From contig JBJTQP010000191.1 in the NCBI GenBank assembly GCA_046075685.1, forward strand, positions 1 through 61,323: 61,323 nt of DNA, given 5' to 3'. This DNA is from Planctomycetaceae bacterium. Lineage in GTDB: Bacteria > Planctomycetota > Planctomycetia > Pirellulales > UBA1268. Of the stretch, positions 25,719 through 33,537 are shown in pieces. Below the pieces are notes generated by a model. It saw nothing but the letters and a program-made list of their open reading frames with translations, made no database searches and had not been told where the DNA came from. Each line of letters begins with the position of its first letter. Within the stretch, counting starts at the first letter, position 1. The position numbers and the translations under genes are program-made.

Positions 25719-28163
25719 CTACGAGAATCTCAGCGCGAGGCTGCCCATGCCCGACGCGAACGTCCGGCGACGGGCATGGTCAGCCCCGAGCCTCACGAAC
25801 GCGCGAGGCTCTCGTGTGAGCCGTATAACACGCGGGCCACGCTGCCGGCGGTTCCAGCGCCACACGAAGCCGATCAGCAGGCCGACGGCTGGGAGCGAAA
25901 CCGGCTCGGGAACCGGCGTGATGGATGCAGTCGTGCCGCTCGCGCCCGCGTAGTTCCCCGTATCGAGCAGCCCGGTCGACAGCATGTCGGCCGCATCGAG
26001 GACGTCGACGACGCCGTCATAGGTAAAGTCGCCCTCGCTCCAGGTGGCCGGCAGTCCGGAGTCGAGCTTGCCCGAGGCGAGCAGGTTGGCGGCATCGAGG
26101 ATGTCGACGGCCCAGTCGAGGTTGGTGTCACCGGCGGCGGCAAAGGCCACGCTCAAGGAGCCGCCGCCATCGTCCAGCCAGCCGACCGTCCGCGCCCCGC
26201 CGCTGGTCGCCGCAGCGCTGGACGTGATGCCGCTCCGGCCGCTCCAGCCGCCATCGCCGCGGCCCGCCTGCAGGGCGGCGACCAGACTGGCCGGGGTCAT
26301 TCCGCCGGCAATGGTGAGCATCCCGCTGCCGACGTCGACCACGCCGCCGGCGGCCGACGCCAGCCCGCCGACCGTCGCCTTGAGGCCGGGAGCCAGCGTG
26401 ACCGTGCCACCGGCCAGCGGCACGAGCCGGCTGGCGGCGAGCGCCGCGGCATTCGCGAGGTGCAGCCTGCCGGCGAGCACGGTCGTGGAACCGCTCAGCG
26501 TGTTGGCCGCATCGAGCACGATCGTGCCGCTTCCCGTCTTCTCGATCCGCAGCGTGCCCGACACCAGTGGAAATCCGGCCCGCCCCTGCGTGAGCGACCC
26601 GGAGGTGCACATCAGGTTCACCACGCCCGGAGCTGACGGCGGCACGAGCAGTCCTGGGAGCGTGGAACTGAACGCCACCCGCTCGACGTCGAAAAACCCT
26701 CCATTCGCACCGACGGAGCCGGAAATCCTCATTGTCAGATGGTTGCCGTTGCGATCCTGCCGCACGGCCGCACCCGAGCCGATCTCCACGTACTCCTGGC
26801 CGAGGGGCTGGGAAAACAGACGGAAAAATCCCCCGGTGGCCGACCCCGACACCAGCGGCGAGCCATCGAGATTTCGCTGCTTGTTCAACTGCAGGACAAA
26901 CTGCACCGGCGAGCTCTGCACCGCCGGAAACCTGGCCTGCAGGGGCGTCGTGCCGCTTCCGGTCCCGAAGCCCAGCCCCTGGATCGAGACCTCGTCGAGG
27001 CCGGTCCGTCGCAGCACGAGGTGCGCCGTATCCTCGACGGTTCCCGAGACGCTGTTGCGAAAGCCGAAGGAGATGGTCTCGCCGATCTGGGAGCTGCGAA
27101 AATGCCAGCCGTCCACGACCAGGGTGGCGAACCCCTCGCCGATGTCGCTGGCCAGATTGTCCGCCTCGCCGGCACGCCGCACCCGCACCTCGCCCGCTCC
27201 GAGCACGCCCGTCGACGTGGTCGAGGTGCCGCTCTGGGTTCGCTGGATCCGCAGCACGCCGTCGCCCACGCGCGTGTCGAACGGCGACACGTTCCAGACG
27301 CCGCCGTTCGGAAACGAGTTGCCCGCGGCCGTCAGTCTCGTGCCCGCCGGCTCATCAAACGTGAACTCGTCGATCACGCCGTTCCGCGGGCCGCCGAAGG
27401 AGCCCGAGAGCATCGCCTGGTCGATGAGAAACTGGCTCACCGCCGTCCGATGCTGGTTGACCCGCAGGGCCAGCACCTGGTCGGTCGACGTGGTCTCGAC
27501 GATCATGCCCCGGGTTCCCAGATGCTTCACGGACGCCCGGGCCAGGCTCGTGTCGACCGGGCCGGTACTCCCGAGATCGGAGAACTTCTTCACTGGATCG
27601 GTGATCGTGGCATTCACGGCGGCGAGCATCCGCGTGACCTGCGTGTTCGTCACCGACTCGTTCATGTGGATGATGCTGGAGCCGACGGAGGTCGAGGCCT
27701 CGTCGCTCGCGATGCCGATGCCCTCGTGCATGTCGATCAGCCACTGGGGCATCACCTGCCGGGTGAAGGCCCAGAGGGCCGTCGCGGTCGAGCCCGTCGT
27801 CTTGGTGATCGGATCGTTGATCCCGGGAAAGTTGCGGTTCAAGTTTCCTTCGCCGGCGATCTCGCGCGTGTTGGCATCGAGCGCCTGCGGCGCGCAGAAG
27901 GGCACGACGACCAGCGTGCCCCGGGTGATCGACCACGTGCGAATCTGGTTGGCGGCCGCAGCGCCGGCCGGTTCGTTGCCGTGCACGCCGCCGGTGATCA
28001 TCACCAGCGGCCCCGGCACCGACGTCTCCCGCCTGTAGTACGGCGTCAGCGTGCCGCTGCCGAGATCGATCCAGCCGGACGTGAGGGTGTCGGCCGCCGC
28101 AGGCGCCGTCAGAACCATGGCCAGCAGCCACGCTCCAGCCGGTGATCGGGGAATGCCGTGCAT
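25719..28163 (-). CDS. PEP-CTERM-anchored surface protein with an N-terminal AstE/AspA-type (M14-like) zinc deacylase domain, beta-strand repeats and dockerin-like loops
   Basis: It has a signal peptide and the motifs GGVHGNEPAG, NLNRNFPG and DMHEG. Autotransporter-associated beta-strand repeat text is present (TGSGTIVLDAANTLSGSTTVLAGRLHL). The dockerin-like region is GDTNLDWAVDILDAANL...GDFTYDGVVDVLDAADM. The C-terminus is PVPEP plus a TM segment plus RRQR. Confidence 0.85.
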   Translation of the reverse strand: MHGIPRSPAGAWLLAMVLTAPAAADTLTSGWIDLGSGTLTPYYRRETSVPGPLVMITGGVHGNEPAGAAAANQIRTWSITRGTLVVVPFCAPQALDANTREIAGEGNLNRNFPGINDPITKTTGSTATALWAFTRQVMPQWLIDMHEGIGIASDEASTSVGSSIIHMNESVTNTQVTRMLAAVNATITDPVKKFSDLGSTGPVDTSLARASVKHLGTRGMIVETTSTDQVLALRVNQHRTAVSQFLIDQAMLSGSFGGPRNGVIDEFTFDEPAGTRLTAAGNSFPNGGVWNVSPFDTRVGDGVLRIQRTQSGTSTTSTGVLGAGEVRVRRAGEADNLASDIGEGFATLVVDGWHFRSSQIGETISFGFRNSVSGTVEDTAHLVLRRTGLDEVSIQGLGFGTGSGTTPLQARFPAVQSSPVQFVLQLNKQRNLDGSPLVSGSATGGFFRLFSQPLGQEYVEIGSGAAVRQDRNGNHLTMRISGSVGANGGFFDVERVAFSSTLPGLLVPPSAPGVVNLMCTSGSLTQGRAGFPLVSGTLRIEKTGSGTIVLDAANTLSGSTTVLAGRLHLANAAALAASRLVPLAGGTVTLAPGLKATVGGLASAAGGVVDVGSGMLTIAGGMTPASLVAALQAGRGDGGWSGRSGITSSAAATSGGARTVGWLDDGGGSLSVAFAAAGDTNLDWAVDILDAANLLASGKLDSGLPATWSEGDFTYDGVVDVLDAADMLSTGLLDTGNYAGASGTTASITPVPEPVSLPAVGLLIGFVWRWNRRQRGPRVIRLTREPRAFVRLGADHARRRTFASGMGSLALRFS

Positions 28164-28225
28164 CGCCAGTCCTGTGCGGGATCACCGTCTGTACGTTCCA
28201 CCCTGCCCGCGGGTTCTGCTCCAGG

Positions 28226-29044
28226 TCATTTGCCCCGCGAATCAAACGCTTTCGCGGGGTGCGTCACAGGGCTGCCCCGGCCTTCGCCGGCCCAGCGGAC
28301 CCCGGACGCGATCAAGTCGTTCGGTCCGCCCGTCACTTCGGGATGCGGGCTGTAGCAGATCACGCGGCCTGCGCCATACAGCGACCGGACGATGGCGTGC
28401 GTGCCCGCCATCGAGCCCGGCTGGGCCCCCTTCGTCGCCACCTCCGTCTCGAACGAGGCCAGCACCTGGTAGCCCGGGAGATGGGCCTCGTCGTCGGGAA
28501 CGAGCAGCGGACCCTGGTTGTAGTGAACTGGAACGGTGCCGGAGGATCCGAGGAGTTCGGCACCGGGATCGGTCATTCGCAGGCAGACCTCGCCACCCCC
28601 CCGATCCCAGTGGGCTCTGTCCCAGACCCTGGCGTTGATCAGCCCCAGCGACCATTCGTAGTGGGAGCTTGCGAGGTAGGAGCCGGCGCAGATGCCGACG
28701 TAGCCCCCGCCCGCGCGGACGAAGTCGCGCACGGCCTCGCGGCCCGACTCCTGCAGCCGCTCCGCCTGCTTGCTGCCCGACCCCCCGGGCATGATCAGCA
28801 CGTCGAACCCGTCCAGGACCCCCTGGCGAATCTCGGCCGAGGTGATCCGCCGGGACTCGAATCCGGCTTCGGTCGACAGGATGCGGAGCAGGTTCCTCGG
28901 GCCCTTCGACACCTGCTCCGCGTCGTCGCAGATCGCGACCCGCACCGACCGCGACGCATCCCCTGCGGCTGCGACGAGCGCATGGTCGATGCCGGGCAGC
29001 ACGGCCGCGAGCAGACACGCTGATCGGAAGATCCACCACGTCAT
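28226..29044 (-). CDS. Secreted class-I glutamine-amidotransferase-like / BPL_N-like protein
   Basis: It has a signal peptide and the motifs VRVAICDD...FDVLIMPGGSG...AGGGYVGICAGSYL (nucleophile-elbow Cys). Confidence 0.8.
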   Translation of the reverse strand: MTWWIFRSACLLAAVLPGIDHALVAAAGDASRSVRVAICDDAEQVSKGPRNLLRILSTEAGFESRRITSAEIRQGVLDGFDVLIMPGGSGSKQAERLQESGREAVRDFVRAGGGYVGICAGSYLASSHYEWSLGLINARVWDRAHWDRGGGEVCLRMTDPGAELLGSSGTVPVHYNQGPLLVPDDEAHLPGYQVLASFETEVATKGAQPGSMAGTHAIVRSLYGAGRVICYSPHPEVTGGPNDLIASGVRWAGEGRGSPVTHPAKAFDSRGK

Positions 29045-30354
29045 GGTGCGAGCGCCGGGACGGAGGCAGCCGGTTCAAATGCCGGGGGCGGAGGAGCGGG
29101 CAGCACCAAGGCCGCCTGCTTCATGTCGTGGAGCTCGTCCCGCATGGCGTCGAGGGCCTGCGTCGCGAGCCGGCGGTGGAGATCGGTGAGCTCCGCGGGA
29201 CTCACCCGACCGGCAGCCGAACGCCGCCGCATGTCGGCCACCGCTGAAATGAGCCTGTCCTCGACGGGCCAGACGTCGTCCCAGATCTGCCGCAGGTTGA
29301 CGGTCTCCACGCCGTCCTTGTCCGGCGTCAGGCTCCACTCGCGGAGCGTGGTGGCGATCGAGCACAGCGGCCCGCCCTTCTCGCCCGCAACCGCGTCCGA
29401 GAGCTCCTCGACGGCGACCCAGCAGGGCACGGCGATCGAGAACTTTGGATCGCCGAGTGCAACCCACATGGTGGTCAGGAGCGGATCCTCGCCCGGCTTC
29501 ACGCCGTGAAACACCCCGGCCGACACCGTGGTGGTGCGACTGATGGTGGCCGAGGTGTTGACGCTGCCGGGCAGGTCGCCGGCGGGTCCGTTCACGGTGC
29601 CGGCGAAGGGATTTCCAGCGGCGTCGGCCATGTCGCGGCAGACGCGCCGCAGCAGGTAGCCGACGTCGAGATCGGCTCCGCGCCGGTCGTCGATCAGGCG
29701 GCAGGCCCGCGCGTAACGCTCCCCGGAGTAGGTGACGGCAAGTGAATCCGGGGCCGGAGCCGGAGCCACGCCCTGGGCGGTCGTCGAGAAGTTGCTCCGC
29801 ACGATGGAGCCGAGCGGCGCGACCGCGGGGTCGTTGGCGTCGAACATCCGGAAGCTTCGCGGCCCCGCCTCGAACATCGCTGCACCGCCCGCGGCGTCGA
29901 TGACCCCGAAGTTGCCGTCGGTGCGGCGGCCCGTGTCGTTCGTCCGCTCGAGCAGGGCCTGGAAGTCGGCGACCGTCACGCACGTCTCGAGAGCGAGTTT
30001 CATGATGCCGCCGTTGCCCGGGCCCTGCTGCGGTCCCGCCACGTCGAGATCTCGGCTCAGCGAGTTCTCGATGCAGAACCCGGCCGAGTTGACGCCCATC
30101 CACACGTCGTCGCGATCCTCGTCGTTGACGACGGCCAGCACGCGGTGGCGGTCGCCCTCGTAGACGACGACCTCGTTTCGCGGCAGGCTCTTCGTGTCGC
30201 GGCTCTTCCAGAGCAGCGGCCGGCCGTCGGCCGTCACCTTCCCCGTGATCACGGCCGTGGTGCACCCGAACACGGCCCACGGATGCAAGCCCACGAGCCC
30301 CCCCGCCACGACGAGGAGGACGACCGCGGCGACCCTCGGCGACGGCCGGCTCAT
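29041..30354 (-). CDS. Secreted N-terminal-nucleophile (Cys) hydrolase, C69-dipeptidase / choloylglycine-hydrolase-like
   Basis: A signal peptide ends just before the presumptive nucleophile Cys in the motif CTTAVITGKVTADGRPLLWKSRD, which is an Ntn Cys signature. Its stop overlaps the downstream start (ATGA at 29041-29044). Confidence 0.8.
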   Translation of the reverse strand: MSRPSPRVAAVVLLVVAGGLVGLHPWAVFGCTTAVITGKVTADGRPLLWKSRDTKSLPRNEVVVYEGDRHRVLAVVNDEDRDDVWMGVNSAGFCIENSLSRDLDVAGPQQGPGNGGIMKLALETCVTVADFQALLERTNDTGRRTDGNFGVIDAAGGAAMFEAGPRSFRMFDANDPAVAPLGSIVRSNFSTTAQGVAPAPAPDSLAVTYSGERYARACRLIDDRRGADLDVGYLLRRVCRDMADAAGNPFAGTVNGPAGDLPGSVNTSATISRTTTVSAGVFHGVKPGEDPLLTTMWVALGDPKFSIAVPCWVAVEELSDAVAGEKGGPLCSIATTLREWSLTPDKDGVETVNLRQIWDDVWPVEDRLISAVADMRRRSAAGRVSPAELTDLHRRLATQALDAMRDELHDMKQAALVLPAPPPPAFEPAASVPALAP

Positions 30355-30364
30355 GGCCTCCCCC

Positions 30365-31987
30365 TCACGCGTCCGCGGACCAATGCCCCTTCCGAAAGCG
30401 GCGGCACATACCCGCCAGCACGCCGGCCGAACCGAGGCTGAGGAACAGGGCGGCGGAGGGTTCCGGGACGATGACGAGCGTGCCGGTGGAGTTCGTGAAC
30501 GTCATGGTCTGCGATCCGAAGGTGCCCGACCAGACGCCCGACGATTCCAGCAGCGATCCCGAGTAGCCGCCGGCAAGGCCGATCGACGAGAAGGTACCGG
30601 CCTGGGAGCCGAACCCGCTGAACAGGTCGTACGATCCTTCGGGGAGCGTGCCGGAGAACTGCAGCAGCAACGACCCGCCGTAGGTGAGGCCGCCTGAGAG
30701 GTTGATGCCGTCGTACAGCGTGCCGCGGGTCGTGCCCGACAGATCGAGGATCGTCTGGCCGGCGAGCGTGAGCCTGCCGCTGCCGAAGGTGAAGAGGCCC
30801 GCCGTGCTGCTGGAGGCACCCGGCGAAAAAATGCCACCGGAGAGGATCGACGTGGCGCCGGCAATCGTACCGGTGCCGAGGAGCGTCGCGGCATTGAGCA
30901 CCGACACGGCGCTGGCGGAGGAGAGGTTGCCCGCCATGATCATCGTGCCGGACTGGACGACGGTGCTGCCGGTGTGCGTCAGGGTGCTGAGCGGCGTAAA
31001 TCGCAACAGCCCACTGCCCGCCTTCGTGAGGGAGCCGGTGCCACTGATGGACTGGTTCCAGCCCGTCGACCCGCTTCCGGCGATCGTCAGTACGCTATTG
31101 CTGGCCAGCGTCGTCGCCAGGGCGCCACCGGAACTGTTGACCGTGATGTTGCCGCTGAACGCAGGATCAGCGGATCCAAGCGTGGCAGAGCCGTCCAAGA
31201 TAATGCTGCTATTGATGGACTTGCCGGTGCTCGTCGTGGAGCGGAACGTGCCGCTCCGCATCGTGATCGTCCCCAGCCCGAATGGCGTCGTCAGGCCGGC
31301 CGTACCGCTGCTCGCCCACTGCACGGCACCGCCGGTCATCACGAAGCCGCCCCCGTAAGTGTTGAGCTCCGAGCTTCCTGTGAGAGTCAGGACGCCGTCG
31401 CCCGTCTTGGTGATCGACTGTGATCCCGCGCCGTCGCGGATCACCGGCGTCAGCGTCAACTGGGTGCCGGCCGTCACATGCATGGCACCCGAGGTGTAGA
31501 GCTCAAAATCCTGGCCCGCAAGCGTCTGCGTGAACGTCACGTTCGTCATCGTGGAACTGTTGATCAGGATGAACCTCCGCGATGCCCCTTCGACGGTCGT
31601 GTTGATACCGTAGAGCTTCAAGGTGCCCCTCGTACCCGTGCTGTTGTTCTGCACGCCATAGGTGCCGGATGCATTCGCCAGCGTCGGCAAAAAGGAGATC
31701 GCTCCAATCGGCAGAGACGTGCCACTCACACCGGCGTTGAACGATGTTGACGTGTACAGGATCCGCAAAACGGGGGTCGTGCTCGAGTTAATGTGTGCCC
31801 ACGCGCCGGTTCCGCTCGGCACTGCGCCGGTGTTCCAATTGCCCGCCGTAGTCCAACTCTGCTGATTGGTGTCGGACGCCCCGCTGCCACCGTTGAAGGT
31901 CGACACGGTCTGGGCGAAAGCCGCCGGCGAAAGGAATACCGCCGCCACCACGACCATGATCCATGCACGAAATGTCATGCCACGCAT
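30365..31987 (-). CDS. PEP-CTERM protein with autotransporter-associated beta-strand repeats
   Basis: It has a signal peptide (AVFLSPAAFAQ) and Thr/Ser/Gly-rich beta-helix repeats (ITKTGDGVLTLTGSSELNTYGGGFVMTGG). The C-terminus is VIVPEPSAALFLSLGSAGVLAGMCRRFRK. Confidence 0.85.
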   Translation of the reverse strand: MRGMTFRAWIMVVVAAVFLSPAAFAQTVSTFNGGSGASDTNQQSWTTAGNWNTGAVPSGTGAWAHINSSTTPVLRILYTSTSFNAGVSGTSLPIGAISFLPTLANASGTYGVQNNSTGTRGTLKLYGINTTVEGASRRFILINSSTMTNVTFTQTLAGQDFELYTSGAMHVTAGTQLTLTPVIRDGAGSQSITKTGDGVLTLTGSSELNTYGGGFVMTGGAVQWASSGTAGLTTPFGLGTITMRSGTFRSTTSTGKSINSSIILDGSATLGSADPAFSGNITVNSSGGALATTLASNSVLTIAGSGSTGWNQSISGTGSLTKAGSGLLRFTPLSTLTHTGSTVVQSGTMIMAGNLSSASAVSVLNAATLLGTGTIAGATSILSGGIFSPGASSSTAGLFTFGSGRLTLAGQTILDLSGTTRGTLYDGINLSGGLTYGGSLLLQFSGTLPEGSYDLFSGFGSQAGTFSSIGLAGGYSGSLLESSGVWSGTFGSQTMTFTNSTGTLVIVPEPSAALFLSLGSAGVLAGMCRRFRKGHWSADA

Positions 31988-32072
31988 TGTTCCTGCTCCC
32001 CGGTGAACCCGCCTCTGGTACTCATGAACGGTGCCACACGTGATGTCGCCACCACGCCATTGTCAGTTCCGG

Positions 32073-32567
32073 TCAGGGCTCCGCCTGCCCTCCCGCCACA
32101 GCCGCCGCCTTCCGCTTGAGGTCGAAGGCCAAGGGGCTGCCGCCCGGCTCGATCGTCACGCGGCCCACGCCGGTCTCGCGATATGCGGCGGCCAGTTCAA
32201 CCGGACCGCCGCCGAGGCTCGTCTTCTCCGAGCCGCCGACCAGCACGCGATACTGCCCGGCCGGCAGGCCCGCGCCGAACTGCCGCGTGACGATGCTGAA
32301 CCGGCCGTTCTCGTCGGTCACGCCGAAGCCACGCGGCATGTCGACGGAATCGAACATCACCTCGGCGTTGGCCAGCGGCCTGCCCTCGAGCGTGACCGTG
32401 CCCTCGACCGGCAGCATGTCGTACTTCGCGACCGGCGGACCGAAGCAGCCCGCCAGCAGGAGCATGGCGGCCAGTTTGATCTGCTGCCACGACGCGCCCT
32501 TCGCCACGTCGAACGCGGCGGCACACTCTCTCAGCACCCGGCAGAGCAGCACGCGGCTAAAAAGCAT
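32073..32567 (-). CDS. Lipoprotein with a carboxypeptidase-regulatory-like domain
   Basis: It has the lipobox LLLAGCFG and the segment VEGTVTLEGRPLANAEVMFDS...DENGRFSI. It is a paralog of 25173..25643. The start is uncertain, because the ORF start overlaps the upstream gene by 11 nt. Confidence 0.7.
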   Translation of the reverse strand: MLFSRVLLCRVLRECAAAFDVAKGASWQQIKLAAMLLLAGCFGPPVAKYDMLPVEGTVTLEGRPLANAEVMFDSVDMPRGFGVTDENGRFSIVTRQFGAGLPAGQYRVLVGGSEKTSLGGGPVELAAAYRETGVGRVTIEPGGSPLAFDLKRKAAAVAGGQAEP

Positions 32568-33537
32568 CGACCGTCTCCCCGTCGTTCCGGTCCGCGATCC
32601 GATTGAGCACCGCGCTGTCGAGGTCGTTCGTGATCACCCGCACGCTGCCGTCGACCAGCGCGAAGCCCGTGCCCGCGGCGTGATGCGAGCCGAAGGCGTT
32701 GCTGTTGGTGCCATTGGGGCGGTATTCGGTGCTTGCCGAGCCGCTCGCCAGCAGGCCGCGAAGCGTCTGGTGGGTGGCCACGTTGCTCTCCACCGACGGG
32801 GCGGCGAGGCCGGCCCACACCCCGCCGCGGTACGAGATCATCGCCCCGCTCGCGTTGAGGGTGCCGTTGGGGCCGTAGGGCGTTTCGCCCACCATCACCG
32901 TCTTGCTGGTGCCGTCCTTGACGTCCTTGATGCGAACGCCCGAGTCTCGGGTGCCGGGGCTGAAGATCCCATTGCCGCCGTCGATACAGCTCCCGGCGAA
33001 GAAGGGGCAGCTGCCGAGGTCGCTGTACGAACTCTGCGTGTTACGGTCCCCGAACACGCCCTTGTACGTGGAGAGGGCGAACGCCGGTGCCGTGGACGTG
33101 CTGGGCAGGGCCTCGTTCAGGTTCGACGACACCGGGCAGCTCGGGCAGCGGAACACGGGGAGCCGCGTCTGGGCGGCGGTCACGATGTCCGTCGCCGTCG
33201 CCGAGAGATCGCGATGTGCGGGCCGGAGCTGGTCGAACAGCGCCCCTTCCTCGATCCGCGGCAGGATCATCGCGGCCCAGCTCCACCCCGGTCCGCTGGC
33301 GGTGGCTTTCGAGTAATCGGGGTTGCGGACGAACCCGGGCGGAAACCGCCTGCGTCCGTCGTGGTGGGTGATCAACGCCAGCGCCACCTGGCGGAGGTTG
33401 TTCTGGCAGGCCGATCGCCGCGCCGCCTCGCGAACGCTCTGCACGGCGGGCAGCAGCAGCCCGATGAGCGTGGCGATGATCGCGATCACCACCAACAGTT
33501 CCACAAGCGTGAAGCCGCGCCGTCGCATGGTCTTCAT
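32557..33537 (-). CDS. DUF1559 domain protein with a prepilin-type N-terminal methylation motif
   Basis: The N-terminus is [41 protein letters not shown], and the C-terminal motif is GFALVDGSVRVI. Its start overlaps the upstream stop (ATGA at 33534-33537). Confidence 0.9.
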   Translation of the reverse strand: MKTMRRRGFTLVELLVVIAIIATLIGLLLPAVQSVREAARRSACQNNLRQVALALITHHDGRRRFPPGFVRNPDYSKATASGPGWSWAAMILPRIEEGALFDQLRPAHRDLSATATDIVTAAQTRLPVFRCPSCPVSSNLNEALPSTSTAPAFALSTYKGVFGDRNTQSSYSDLGSCPFFAGSCIDGGNGIFSPGTRDSGVRIKDVKDGTSKTVMVGETPYGPNGTLNASGAMISYRGGVWAGLAAPSVESNVATHQTLRGLLASGSASTEYRPNGTNSNAFGSHHAAGTGFALVDGSVRVITNDLDSAVLNRIADRNDGETVDAF

